A stretch of 64,000 nt of DNA, from positions 64,001 to 128,000 of the IMG/VR virus record IMGVR_UViG_3300042507_006854; one strand, 5' to 3'. The DNA comes from a virus. The notes under the pieces are model-generated. The model had not been told where the DNA came from. It worked only from the letters and a program-made list of their open reading frames with translations, and ran no database searches. Below, piece by piece: positions 49,805 to 59,952 of the stretch (within the stretch, counting starts at the first letter, position 1; every line of letters starts with the position of its first letter). A program made the position numbers and the translations under genes.

Positions 49805-50962
49805 ATGAACTCATATAGAATTCCAAAATCTAAAATGCCTGAACTTACATTGGCTGGATTATTCCATTCAGAATTTGTTAACCCGATGGCGTTAATTACT
49901 GCCCTATCCGATGGCGAAATACCATCTTATAAAAGATACAGAGAAAATTTCTTTAAAAATAAAATTATTGACTATCTTAATAAAAATGGAGCACAACTTG
50001 TTCAAATTGGCGAAGAGGTTCTAATTTCTAAAACATTAGACGAGCTAGAACAAGAAGAAGGAGAAGAACCATTCATGATTGGTGGGGAAGTTATTCTTCC
50101 TAGCTTTGATTATGAAGACGGCTCAATTTACTTCTATAAAGATAATTTTATACAAATTAATTCTGAAAGTGGACGGGATAAAGATAAATGCAAATTAATG
50201 TTTTATTATCCTACCAGCAAACAATGTGTAGATGAAGAATTTAGAGAGTTTATGGATACAGATAAACGTCCAAATATTTTCATGGTAAACCAGGATTACG
50301 GTAATTTTAATTTTTCCAAATTTAATATTAACTTGCCAGAAACATTTGATCTTGAATTAAATTATGGGGATGATTTTAAATCAGTTAGTGATAAAATGAT
50401 TAAATCATTGCATGAAAATTCTTCTGGTCTATACATGCTTCATGGGATCCCTGGAACTGGTAAGACAACTTATATCAGATATCTAGCTTCAGTTCTTAAA
50501 AAAGATGTTATTTTCTTTCCAACTTCTTTTGTAGATGAAATTACAAACCCATCAATTTTGAGTTTACTAAAGAAAAAAACTGATTGCGTTATGATTCTTG
50601 AAGATGCCGAGAAAGCTCTTACAAAGCGCAGTCTTTCCGACCAGCCATCTCTTGTATCTACGCTTCTTAACATGACAGATGGTATTCTTGGGGATGTTTT
50701 AAAATTAAATGTTATTGTTACCTATAATTGTGATCGCCAAGATATTGACGAGGCCCTTTTAAGAAAAGGGCGCTTGAAAGCAGAGTATTCGTTCCAAGGC
50801 TTGAAAAAACACCAAGCAGCAAAATTAATAAAAACACTTGACTTAGATATCAAAGCCGACGATAATATGACTCTAGCAGATATATACTATGCTAAAAGTG
50901 ACGAAGAACTTATTGGAAATATCAAAACCTTAGAAAAACCAAAAATAGGATTTATGCCATGA
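49805..50962 (+). CDS. AAA+ ATPase
   Basis: GIPGTGKT, ILEDAE, ALLRKGR. Confidence 0.88.
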   Translation: MNSYRIPKSKMPELTLAGLFHSEFVNPMALITALSDGEIPSYKRYRENFFKNKIIDYLNKNGAQLVQIGEEVLISKTLDELEQEEGEEPFMIGGEVILPSFDYEDGSIYFYKDNFIQINSESGRDKDKCKLMFYYPTSKQCVDEEFREFMDTDKRPNIFMVNQDYGNFNFSKFNINLPETFDLELNYGDDFKSVSDKMIKSLHENSSGLYMLHGIPGTGKTTYIRYLASVLKKDVIFFPTSFVDEITNPSILSLLKKKTDCVMILEDAEKALTKRSLSDQPSLVSTLLNMTDGILGDVLKLNVIVTYNCDRQDIDEALLRKGRLKAEYSFQGLKKHQAAKLIKTLDLDIKADDNMTLADIYYAKSDEELIGNIKTLEKPKIGFMP

Positions 50963-51615
50963 AAAAGAAACAAGTAAAAATTAAACCAAATAAAGTAATT
51001 AAGCCAACTCGTAAAATTGAAAAAATGAAAACTTATGTTAAAGACTTTGGCGCGAGCACTAAAAAAATCAATATTATTGACCCTCTTGAATACAAATCTA
51101 CTTGGAAAAGTTGGTTTAATATTAATATTTGGCTTAGATGGCTAATGTTTAAAAAAAATTTCTATTATAAAATTCCATACCAAATCCGTGATGGTTGGTA
51201 TAAATTTAAATGCTTTTTTAATCCAAAAAATAAAAAATATCGTGCCGCGATTCCTAATACATGGACTGATGTATGCGTTCTAATTGAAGACGTTAATTTT
51301 GCGTTCGTAAAAGGTTTCTATGAAGATGAGTATAAAAATGGAATTGTAGACTGGGAAGCTTCTGGAAAAGAATGCTCAAAGTTTGCAAAATGGCTTGAAA
51401 AAGCTTACGCTTATTTGACAGTAGAAAGACCTAAACTTCAAAAGGATCTTGATGCTGCATATCCACCGCTAACCGCAAAGCGTCTTACAGAAGTAAGAAG
51501 GGACTCATATGAACAAGATTACGCAGAAGTTCATCGTATTGAAACCTTAATTAATAAAAGCGATACAAAGCTCTTGACAGAAATTGTAAAATATAGAGAA
51601 TATTTTTGGACATGA
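50959..51615 (+). CDS. Hypothetical protein
   Basis: 218 aa ORF in operon. Confidence 0.6.
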   Translation: MKKKQVKIKPNKVIKPTRKIEKMKTYVKDFGASTKKINIIDPLEYKSTWKSWFNINIWLRWLMFKKNFYYKIPYQIRDGWYKFKCFFNPKNKKYRAAIPNTWTDVCVLIEDVNFAFVKGFYEDEYKNGIVDWEASGKECSKFAKWLEKAYAYLTVERPKLQKDLDAAYPPLTAKRLTEVRRDSYEQDYAEVHRIETLINKSDTKLLTEIVKYREYFWT

Positions 51616-51989
51616 GCGAAGATTCTCCAAAGTACGAAGTTCTCTATAATCACAATACGCTTCTAGAAACTCGTCAGTTTAATAATAAATCAGAATCAAT
51701 TTATACAATTACAATGGTTCCAGAAAAATCTGGAGAGCGTTGTCGATGTGTTGGTTTCTATACTAGGTATAGTGACGCCCTGCATTTTATAGAAAAAAAT
51801 GGGATCAATGGTCTTGATGAGGGCGGATTATTTAAATATTTAATAATTGAAAAAATATCTGAAGGTATTTATGCCATGTCTGATGAATTTGAAGAGTCAT
51901 GGTTTGAAGCTGATTTTAAAACCATGAAATGGAAAGAAATAAAAAAGCCAGAAAAGTTTAAAGGTGTAATTAACTTTGGGCTTGGATGA
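51606..51989 (+). CDS. Hypothetical protein
   Basis: ORF in operon. Confidence 0.55.
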   Translation: MDMSEDSPKYEVLYNHNTLLETRQFNNKSESIYTITMVPEKSGERCRCVGFYTRYSDALHFIEKNGINGLDEGGLFKYLIIEKISEGIYAMSDEFEESWFEADFKTMKWKEIKKPEKFKGVINFGLG

Positions 51990-52386
51990 TATGGCTAAAT
52001 ACGAAAATTTTATTGTTACAAAAGATTTTTTAGACAAAAATCCGAATGCTGTATTTGTCTTTGGTGATAATCTTCGTCGGGTAGGTTATGGTGGCGCGGC
52101 GGCTTTAAGAGATCACCCACAAACATACGGGTTTATAACTAAAAAAAATCCAGATAATATGGATGAATCTTTTTTTCGTCCTGAAAGTTACCGAATTGAT
52201 TTTACCGTTCAGTCTATTGAGCTACAATTGGTTATTGAAAAAAATCCTGATAAAATTTATTATATCTCCCAGTTAGGTGGTGGGTTAGCCAATAGATATA
52301 AAATATGGGAACAAGTTTTAAAGCCTGGATTAGAAAAAGATTTCTCACATTACGAAAATGTTATATTCCTTTGGGATAAAGATTAA
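51976..52386 (+). CDS. Conserved phage protein (FVFGDN family)
   Basis: FVFGDN..GYGGAA, LGGGLA. Confidence 0.6.
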   Translation: MGLDDMAKYENFIVTKDFLDKNPNAVFVFGDNLRRVGYGGAAALRDHPQTYGFITKKNPDNMDESFFRPESYRIDFTVQSIELQLVIEKNPDKIYYISQLGGGLANRYKIWEQVLKPGLEKDFSHYENVIFLWDKD

Positions 52387-52399
52387 TGTAATTCTATGA

Positions 52400-53056
52400 A
52401 TGCAATGTAAAATATTAGCATTCTCTGATATTCACCTTGGCGATCCTGATTGTCAACCCAAAAAAGTAATTAACGTTTTAAGAAAGGTTAAAGCCGAAAA
52501 AATAATTATTGTAGGCGATCTTTTTGATTCTAAACATCTTTCGAGATTAAAGAAAAATCATTGGCGTGTTTTGTCTACTATACGTAGCGTTAGTAAAAAA
52601 TGTGAAGTAATTTATTTATTAGGTAACCATTGTTTTCTTAACATGGAACACATGACCCATCTTTTGGGAATTAAAACTGGTTTGGAGCATGAGGAAACAA
52701 TTAATGGGAAAAAATTTATTTTTTTACATGGTGATATTTTTGATTTTTTTGTTTCAACAAAGCGTTGGAGAACGGATTTAACAACTGATTTTTATTACTG
52801 GTTAAGAACAAATTTTCCTGATCTAGCCCGTTGGGTTCGCCATGCTTGCCACAAATTAGTCTGTAAAGCAACTTATTATAAAGATAATGCAAAAAAGTAT
52901 TGTACATTGAATAAAAAAGATTATATAATATGTGGACATTCGCATTTTCCAGCTATAGAAGGATGTTACGTTAATACGGGGTCTTTCTGTGAGAGAAAAT
53001 TGTGTTCATACATAACAATTGACGAAAACGCAGAAATCAGACTAAACTACATTTAA
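52400..53056 (+). CDS. Metallophosphoesterase (LpxH-like)
   Basis: SDIHLG, VGDLFD, GNH, HGD, CGHSH, NTGS. Confidence 0.85.
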   Translation: MQCKILAFSDIHLGDPDCQPKKVINVLRKVKAEKIIIVGDLFDSKHLSRLKKNHWRVLSTIRSVSKKCEVIYLLGNHCFLNMEHMTHLLGIKTGLEHEETINGKKFIFLHGDIFDFFVSTKRWRTDLTTDFYYWLRTNFPDLARWVRHACHKLVCKATYYKDNAKKYCTLNKKDYIICGHSHFPAIEGCYVNTGSFCERKLCSYITIDENAEIRLNYI

Positions 53057-53058
53057 CC

Positions 53059-53847
53059 ATGAAAACTCTTATAATACCAGATATTCATCAAGATATAGCT
53101 GGGCTTAAAAAGATTTTTCAACTTGAGAAGTTAGAATCGTTTGATGAGATTATCTTTCTTGGGGACTGGCTAGATTCTTTTTACGAGCCCCCAAAAGTTG
53201 CAAGTTTTAAAGATACTTGTCTATTTTTGCGTGATCTTGTTTGGGAAAATGAAAAAACCGGTAAAATGGTTTTTCTTGTCGGAAACCATGATCTTGCTTA
53301 TATTTATAATAACAAAAAAGGCGGCTATACTAGCGTTGCGCCAAGTATAACCTATTGGTGTTCAGGAGTCACTAAAAGTAAAATTGGTACTTTTCGCCAA
53401 GTCTTTTACGATAAAGGTCTTAAAGATGACTGGTTTGTAAAAAACTTTAAAATTGCACATCGTTCGCAGGGATGGATTTTTTCTCATGCTGGGATGATTA
53501 ATCGTCAAATTCCATATGGTTATACCGTAAATCAAATAATTGATGAGGTTATACCAGATGTTTGGCTTAACTTTAGGAATGTTGCTTACCGTCAGAACGC
53601 ATTGATTTCTGCTGTTGGGGTTGCTCGTGGGGGACAAGACAATACTGGCGGACTTTTGTGGCTTGATTACTATAATGAATTTCATGCGTCACCTGATATC
53701 GGTAAGCAGGTTTTTGGGCATAGTTATGTGCCAGAGCCAACCGCTACGGCATTGAATACCGAATATGAAAGCTGGAATTTAGATACTAATCTTAAAGACT
53801 ACGCAATCATTCGTGACGGTCGCTTAACAACATATAGAATACGATGA
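53059..53847 (+). CDS. Calcineurin-like metallophosphoesterase
   Basis: PDIH, LGDWLD, GNHD, SHAG, FGHS. Confidence 0.85.
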   Translation: MKTLIIPDIHQDIAGLKKIFQLEKLESFDEIIFLGDWLDSFYEPPKVASFKDTCLFLRDLVWENEKTGKMVFLVGNHDLAYIYNNKKGGYTSVAPSITYWCSGVTKSKIGTFRQVFYDKGLKDDWFVKNFKIAHRSQGWIFSHAGMINRQIPYGYTVNQIIDEVIPDVWLNFRNVAYRQNALISAVGVARGGQDNTGGLLWLDYYNEFHASPDIGKQVFGHSYVPEPTATALNTEYESWNLDTNLKDYAIIRDGRLTTYRIR

Positions 53848-54428
53848 ATAAAAATATACAAAAATTAATATCTGATATTATGACTCAATGTATTAGGCAT
53901 GGGATTAATTTTCGTTTAGAATATACGGACCAAGTTGACCAAGAAAATATTCCTTGTAGTGGGTATTTTGATGAACAAACGCTTGCGGTTGCCACAAAAA
54001 AAGAAAAAATGCAGGACTGGCTTGATATTCTTGTTCACGAATCCTGTCACTTGGATCAAATGTTGGAGGGTCCACCAGTTTGGATTCCAGATAAAGATTC
54101 TTTATTTATTGTTGAAGACTGGATTCATGGTAAAAACTTGTCAAAAAAAACCCTAGAAAAAGGTTTCAAAAATGCGATCAATCTTGAGATTGATTGTGAA
54201 AAAAGAACCGTTGCAAAAATGCAAAAATACAAAATTCGTTTTAATAAAAAACAATATATACAAAAGGCAAATTCATATCTTTTTTCTTATACTTATGCTT
54301 TTGTTAATAAGGCTTGGTATCCAAAGCCATATGAAAACCCAAAAATTTATAATAATATGCCGACAAAGTTCTTGACTGTTAATGAATATTTTGATATAAA
54401 TAGCAAATACTTTCAATACTATCTATGA
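53844..54428 (+). CDS. HExxH hypothetical protein
   Basis: VHESCH..E.DCE. Confidence 0.6.
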   Translation: MNKNIQKLISDIMTQCIRHGINFRLEYTDQVDQENIPCSGYFDEQTLAVATKKEKMQDWLDILVHESCHLDQMLEGPPVWIPDKDSLFIVEDWIHGKNLSKKTLEKGFKNAINLEIDCEKRTVAKMQKYKIRFNKKQYIQKANSYLFSYTYAFVNKAWYPKPYENPKIYNNMPTKFLTVNEYFDINSKYFQYYL

Positions 54429-54775
54429 AAAAAATAACTCAACCCAAACAAGAAGAACGTGCGGAGTATTTTTCTGATTTCAGTGATAAATCTTTTGAAG
54501 GTTTTAACCCAGATGTCGAAATCAAATTTGAATTTAATTATGGGTCTGAATTTGACGGCTCGCGTGTCGAATTCCATTTGACAGACGAAGAAGCTAAACA
54601 CGTTTTAGATTTTATTCGCATGAATTTGTCTGAAGGTAAAATTACCGAATTCAAAAATAAGTTAGAAGAAAACGAAGAATACTATGAAGAAAATATGAAT
54701 GCGCGTGATTGGGAATCATGTGATCGTTTTGGTAATTGTATTTTTCTTCTTAAATATCTTTTAAATGAAAAATAA
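54425..54775 (+). CDS. Hypothetical protein
   Basis: Overlapping start/stop in operon. Confidence 0.55.
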   Translation: MKKITQPKQEERAEYFSDFSDKSFEGFNPDVEIKFEFNYGSEFDGSRVEFHLTDEEAKHVLDFIRMNLSEGKITEFKNKLEENEEYYEENMNARDWESCDRFGNCIFLLKYLLNEK

Positions 54776-55004
54776 ATATAATAAAATTAATAACCCGATT
54801 TTATATTATCATAATCTTGATATTCTAGGAAATTTATTCCGTTTTTACGGTGGAAATTCTTTATATTATATTTCAGAGTACAGAGATAAAATAAGACATA
54901 TTTCTAATCAAAATATAAGAATTAAAGAAGAAATGTTTACGTATGCTGATAATATGATAGAATTTTTAAAAATTCTTGATGAGTTTATTTTTGAAAATTT
55001 GTGA
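54765..55004 (+). CDS. Hypothetical protein
   Basis: ORF in operon. Confidence 0.45.
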   Translation: MKNKYNKINNPILYYHNLDILGNLFRFYGGNSLYYISEYRDKIRHISNQNIRIKEEMFTYADNMIEFLKILDEFIFENL

Positions 55005-55163
55005 ATATAATTAATCTTAAACACCGATACGTTTTTGGCCATAATGTTCTCGTATGGTGGAACACTCATTCTGAATTTAAACTAATAAAAATAGATAATC
55101 GTATGTATAAAAAATACAGTTTATACGTGGGAAGATTTATTTTTGAAATAGGAAAGCTTAAAT

Positions 55164-55526
55164 ATGGAACAAACAATAAATCTATATCAACAATTAGTAA
55201 ATAATTTAACAAATGCAATCGACCAAAATTTCCGTAATCAGCTCACCAAAGAAAAGCAAATCGAAACGCTTGACCCAAAGTGGAAAGCAGCGCGCCAAAA
55301 TATCGAAAAATATTTGCAACAAATTGCCAATCAAAACATGGGGCTTGAGCCCATTCTTTTATCAGATAGGTATTTTCTTTACGAAGATGTCGCGGCTCTT
55401 TTAATTGATTTAATTTGGCAAGAGCTTCATAACAAACTAGATATAAAAGAAACTCTGTATTTTTATCGATATTATAAAATACAAATTAGTGACAAATATT
55501 TATTGACAGCACCACAAAATTCATAG
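55164..55526 (+). CDS. Hypothetical protein
   Basis: ORF in operon. Confidence 0.5.
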   Translation: MEQTINLYQQLVNNLTNAIDQNFRNQLTKEKQIETLDPKWKAARQNIEKYLQQIANQNMGLEPILLSDRYFLYEDVAALLIDLIWQELHNKLDIKETLYFYRYYKIQISDKYLLTAPQNS

Positions 55527-55536
55527 ATAATAAGGT

Positions 55537-55830
55537 ATGGAAAAATATAAAAAAGTTCAAGAAAAAAAAGAACTTTTCATCCAATTTTCTGAGGAAGAAA
55601 TGACCGAGCTTGGGTGGGAAGAAGGTCAAAAACTTTCTTTTAAATTTGATGAGAAAACTAAAGCTATTACTCTAGAGCCATTTATTAAAATGGAATTAGA
55701 TATAGATAGCTGGCCAAAAGAATTACTACTCTTTCTCATTCAAGAGTCCTGTGAAAAAGATATATCTGTGAATGAAGTTATTTCAAATACGTTAGAGGAG
55801 TCATTAAAATATTATGATAAACAAAAATAA
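55537..55830 (+). CDS. AbrB/MazE-like domain protein
   Basis: LFIQF..ELGWEEGQKL.F pattern. Confidence 0.55.
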   Translation: MEKYKKVQEKKELFIQFSEEEMTELGWEEGQKLSFKFDEKTKAITLEPFIKMELDIDSWPKELLLFLIQESCEKDISVNEVISNTLEESLKYYDKQK

Positions 55831-56104
55831 AAAAGATCTTTATTGGTTTCATAGTTATAAAGTCGTTCAAAATATGAGTGATTTAACGCATAGCAATTAT
55901 CCCAATGTAAGCATGGAAATCAGTGAAGAGGCGACCATCGGAGATCATCTTTACGCCTTTGAAAGATTTTTACAAAGTATTGGATTCGTTTTACCAGAAA
56001 ATAGTCATCTTGATTTTGTTGAGAACGAATCCGAAAGCCGCAGTTTTGAAGATTTAACTGTAATTGAAGGGGATGAAAAAAATACAAAAAACGGAACACA
56101 CTAA
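55814..56104 (+). CDS. Hypothetical protein
   Basis: FERFLQSIGF motif. Confidence 0.5.
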   Translation: MINKNKKDLYWFHSYKVVQNMSDLTHSNYPNVSMEISEEATIGDHLYAFERFLQSIGFVLPENSHLDFVENESESRSFEDLTVIEGDEKNTKNGTH

Positions 56105-56300
56105 TATGATAGATCGTAGAAAATTTAATTTTAATTTAATGTTAGTTGTAATGATCTTATTTTTATTTTCGGTGGTTCTTTATAACCAAAGACTCATATT
56201 AAATATGAATAGCCATATACAAGATATAGACAATAAAATTGATAAATACTTTGCGCCAATTGAAGATGTTGAACTTCCACAATGGGAGGAGAATCCATAA
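56064..56300 (+). CDS. Single-TM protein
   Basis: One hydrophobic helix; start uncertain. Confidence 0.45.
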   Translation: MKGMKKIQKTEHTNMIDRRKFNFNLMLVVMILFLFSVVLYNQRLILNMNSHIQDIDNKIDKYFAPIEDVELPQWEENP

Positions 56301-56890
56301 TGGGAATGTTTGATTCAATAGAGTGCAATTATCCGCTCCCACTTCCATTGGAAGTAGTAGATGTTATGCCAGATCCATATGATCAAGACTTTCAAACTAA
56401 AGATCTTGAAAATTTACTAGATTTGTATTATTTGAATGAAGATGGAGTTTTATACTGGCGTAAAAGAAAATACGAGTGGAAAGATGATGATAACGCCTTT
56501 TTGAAAGGCTACATGGACGTTATTGAGGAAAAGGTCGTACCTACCGATTTTCATGGAATTCTAAATTTTTATTTCTATGAAACCATTCATGAAGACGAAT
56601 CTTCTGATAAAGCAAAAGACGTTACAATAGATTATCTTGCCAAATTTACGAACGGAAAACTTGAAAATATAGAAGTTCTTTCCTATGAAATTCGTGACGC
56701 TACCGTGCGTATTATTGATTTAAAAAATACCATGAAAAAGCATGAGGAGCGGCGTAAGCGTTGGTATAATAAATATGTTTTCTATACTAAAGGTTGGAGA
56801 TTTATTAAAAATAAAATAATTTTAAATCCTATTGATTTATTGAGAAAATTTTTAGATAAATTATACTGGTTGGTTGTAAAATATTTGTAA
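56300..56890 (+). CDS. Conserved phage protein (MGMFD family)
   Basis: MGMFD..FQTKDL..AKFTNG. Confidence 0.6.
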   Translation: MGMFDSIECNYPLPLPLEVVDVMPDPYDQDFQTKDLENLLDLYYLNEDGVLYWRKRKYEWKDDDNAFLKGYMDVIEEKVVPTDFHGILNFYFYETIHEDESSDKAKDVTIDYLAKFTNGKLENIEVLSYEIRDATVRIIDLKNTMKKHEERRKRWYNKYVFYTKGWRFIKNKIILNPIDLLRKFLDKLYWLVVKYL

Positions 56891-57087
56891 TGAAATTAGA
56901 TTTTACAGAAATCAATGGTAAACAACTTCAAGTTACCGACATGGAATATCTCTATACTTATACAAGTAACGATGGAGAAGAAATAGCAGTATTTGAATAT
57001 CAAGGGGAGCGAATTGAGAGAAAGGTAATTAAAAATACTTAATTTTTGGGGGTGGGTTTAAATAAATTTAAAGTGTAATATTATATT

Positions 57088-57492
57088 ATGTACACAACAA
57101 CAGTTAATAAAAGCGTTTCTACAAATCTAGATTTTCAGTATTCTAGTAATATAACCATATCTGGCGCTGCAAAATACTCTATTAATCAAGTAGTTCCTAC
57201 TGGAACTAACGGTGCATTAGTTAATTTTGGATTTAGTATGGTTAGTGGTACATTTTTAGCAATTTCTGCTGTTCAGGGCGCTTTAGAGTTAAGAGCTTTT
57301 TCAGGAGCATCTCCTGGAAATACATTTTTATTAGATGCCGGGGAGAGCTATATATTTGATAATTTAGTTATCGCAAAAGATTCTCTTGGGGCAAATTTGG
57401 CCACATTTAATACTTTATTTGTGTATAATAGTGGTTCTGTTCCAGCCACGCTAAGAATTGATTCATTATTAGATCCAACTCCTGGAATCTAA
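57088..57492 (+). CDS. Putative small virion protein
   Basis: GTGTAA 9 nt upstream; beta/SG-rich. Confidence 0.5.
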   Translation: MYTTTVNKSVSTNLDFQYSSNITISGAAKYSINQVVPTGTNGALVNFGFSMVSGTFLAISAVQGALELRAFSGASPGNTFLLDAGESYIFDNLVIAKDSLGANLATFNTLFVYNSGSVPATLRIDSLLDPTPGI

Positions 57493-57500
57493 TTTAAAAG

Positions 57501-57949
57501 TGGAGATGAGGGGAGTCGAACCCCTGTCCAAATAACTTACGCTAAAAGGTCTACATGTTTAGGTATCTTTAGCATTTCAGCTACCATACGGTAACGAAGA
57601 CTTTAGGCTGCTTGGTGACACTAACCGGGTTTTTAGTCTGCCTATGCAGAGAATGTTCTGCATAACACCTAACAATTAATTTTACAAGTAAGTTAGGACT
57701 TCATAAACCTATTGCGGTTCCAATGCTTTTAATAGGATCCAGACATTGGTTCTTAGGCAGCCATCAAGTACTCTTCTTCAACACCGCCGAGAAACTCGTC
57801 GGAGTTGTTAAAGATATACTCAGCTTCTGCCAAGATCGAGTCAGTATTATCTTCTGCTCTTAGTTTTTTAATCGATTTTTTACGAGGCCATCGATTAACC
57901 TCGACATGCGCTTTTAATTTCAACTATTTGTCGAAACCAGTACATCCCC
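57501..57949 (-). ncRNA. ssrA: tmRNA
   Basis: 5' GGGGATGTACTGGTTTCGAC; 3' GGGGTTCGACTCCCCTCATCTCCA; tag ORF ending YLMAA*. Confidence 0.93.
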
Positions 57950-58014
57950 AAATTTTCAAAGAATAATGTATTATTACAATAATTTTATACTTTTGTCAAA
58001 TATAAATTGACTTT

Positions 58015-58221
58015 ATGTGTAAAAAATTCGATAATATTATTATGGAATGTCAAAATAATAATTCTTGTGGGGCCGGAAAAGGCGATAAACCAAGAAATTG
58101 CTTTTCACAAAAATATCGTGATAATTATGATAGTATAAATTGGAATAAAAAAAATGAAAAAGATAAACTTAATATTGATATTGCTCCTCCTCCAAAACGT
58201 GGGGTGTCAGCACCTCGATAA
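58015..58221 (+). CDS. Small protein (GKGDKPR motif)
   Basis: GAGKGDKPR..Y.DNYD.I.W. Confidence 0.55.
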   Translation: MCKKFDNIIMECQNNNSCGAGKGDKPRNCFSQKYRDNYDSINWNKKNEKDKLNIDIAPPPKRGVSAPR

Positions 58222-58423
58222 AATACAAGTAAAGGGAGAGGTTACCGGAACTAGATATAGTAGCCAACAATTTATTAAAGGTAAGCATGTTATTTCAGCT
58301 ACTTACCCACTTTCAGAAACAATAAATATCAAAGGAAAAATGGCTCAACCATATATTAGTAGTCATTCTATGGATGTGGGGATGCCCGATTATGGAGAAA
58401 CTGGGTTAGAAATTTTATTTTAA
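58154..58423 (+). CDS. Putative lipoprotein
   Basis: Signal-like N-terminus ending NVGC. Confidence 0.5.
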   Translation: MKKINLILILLLLQNVGCQHLDKIQVKGEVTGTRYSSQQFIKGKHVISATYPLSETINIKGKMAQPYISSHSMDVGMPDYGETGLEILF

Positions 58424-58480
58424 AAACAGTTGACAAAATAATAAAATAAGTGTATATAAAAATAGTTCTTTGAAAATTTT

Positions 58481-58821
58481 ATTAGCGAACCGCTCACATT
58501 GAGCAGAGACGCTAATGAATGGTGGCGTGGCGATGTACAACCAATAAAATCGGGATCGCCTTTGATAAGGTATGCAACTCTACCTCCATATGTGCCAAGC
58601 TTATTACGCTTGGCGAATTCTAGAATCCATATGGTTCCACAGTGAATAAGACTATCGGAGTCGTTAGTTCAAAAAAGAAGAGCGTAGGTTCTGGGTTATC
58701 CAAGGCTAGATGGGCCAAAACTCTTGTATAAATGGTTAGGTGTTCTGAATTAAAGAGTAGTCTTTAATAATGCCAGCAGGGGCGCAACTCTGAACTGGTC
58801 CAAAGTGCGATAAAAACACCA
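58481..58821 (+). ncRNA. Unidentified structured RNA (about 340 nt)
   Basis: ORF-free, GC-elevated, many helices, preceded by TTGACA promoter and boxA-like motif. Confidence 0.7.
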
Positions 58822-58830
58822 AATTTTAAT

Positions 58831-58903
58831 TGCAGGATCGACAAGAGGTTAAGTCAGTAGGCTCATAACCTACCATGCGTGAGTTCAAATCTCACTCCTG
58901 CTA
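58831..58903 (+). tRNA. tRNA-Met(CAT), initiator-like
   Basis: Loop CTCATAA; 1:72 mismatch and A11:U24. Confidence 0.85.
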
Positions 58904-58946
58904 TTTTTTATTTGACTCTAATGTAAAATCATAATAATATCAATAC

Positions 58947-59213
58947 ATGAACAACACAATTGATATTAATAGTCGTAATACTCCTACAATTCATCAACTT
59001 CGGCGTGCTGGATGGAAAGTGCGCGTAATTCATGGTCAGTATGAGAATGATGAAGCGCTATTTGATCGCTATACCCGCATTGAACTAACAAGTCCAGAAG
59101 GTAAAGATTCTTTTGGTGTTGCTAACTGTAGTAAAAAAGATCAATGGAATCGTAAACTTGGCAATCGTATTGCCCTTGGTAGGGCTTTGAAAAATTATAC
59201 TCCTATTTCATGA
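58947..59213 (+). CDS. Hypothetical phage protein
   Basis: A.CS.KD..NRKLG..IALGRA motif. Confidence 0.6.
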   Translation: MNNTIDINSRNTPTIHQLRRAGWKVRVIHGQYENDEALFDRYTRIELTSPEGKDSFGVANCSKKDQWNRKLGNRIALGRALKNYTPIS

Positions 59214-59413
59214 AAAAAATCATTTTTATTTTATTTTTGTCTATAACTATTTGTAACGCTGATTACGTTTCTAGCGGAAGTGGAGAAAATAAAGGAGAAG
59301 CGTATATCGAAGCTATGAGTAATGCTCCAAGTGGCGGTCATTGGATTTTACATGATATACGTTATGGACCAAATGGAACTACGTGTACTATTACTTGGAA
59401 AATTAAAAAATAA
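59210..59413 (+). CDS. Small secreted protein
   Basis: Signal peptide-like N-terminus. Confidence 0.5.
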   Translation: MKKIIFILFLSITICNADYVSSGSGENKGEAYIEAMSNAPSGGHWILHDIRYGPNGTTCTITWKIKK

Positions 59414-59418
59414 TTAAA

Positions 59419-59489
59419 TGCCCTCTGGTGAAATGGTATCACGGTTCCCTTTGGAGGAATTTTTCTACGTTCGAGTCGTAGGGGGGCAG
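59419..59489 (+). tRNA. tRNA-Gln(TTG)
   Basis: Cloverleaf, loop CTTTGGA. Confidence 0.88.
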
Positions 59490-59532
59490 CTTTTAAGTTG
59501 ACTTTATATTCAATAAACTATATCATCCTCTT

Positions 59533-59727
59533 ATGAAAGATAACACAAATATTTATTTTGCATTTATTACGTCACTTGGCTTTATGATTTGTCTTTTGGC
59601 TATTGTTTCCCTTCATAAAGAAAATAAAAAATTGCAAGCACAAATTGATGAGCTGCACTTGATTTTTAATCAAAACTTTTTGCAAGAAATGGTTGTTAAT
59701 AAACCCACTGTTAAATTTGAATTTTAA
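59533..59727 (+). CDS. Single-TM protein
   Basis: TM plus coiled coil; promoter upstream. Confidence 0.5.
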   Translation: MKDNTNIYFAFITSLGFMICLLAIVSLHKENKKLQAQIDELHLIFNQNFLQEMVVNKPTVKFEF

Positions 59728-59730
59728 AAA

Positions 59731-59824
59731 ACTGGATTAGTGTAATTGGAAGCACCGACGAGCTTATACCTCGTGTGCCCTAGATGAGGGCCGAGCGCTG
59801 GTTCGATTCCAGCATCCAGTACCA
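59731..59824 (+). tRNA. tRNA-Ile(TAT) with long variable arm
   Basis: ACGAG-CTTATAC-CTCGT; GCCC/GGGC variable stem; encoded CCA. Confidence 0.85.
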
Positions 59825-59831
59825 TTTAAAT

Positions 59832-59907
59832 GTTGCTCGTGGTGTAACGGTAAGCATTACAGATTGTGATTCTGTCGGTGAGGGTTCGAGCCCCTTCGAG
59901 CAACCCA
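59832..59907 (+). tRNA. tRNA-His(GTG)
   Basis: G-1:C73, loop TTGTGAT, CCA. Confidence 0.92.
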
Positions 59908-59952
59908 AAAAATATTTGACATTTCATTCAATCAGTCTTATAATAATATACT

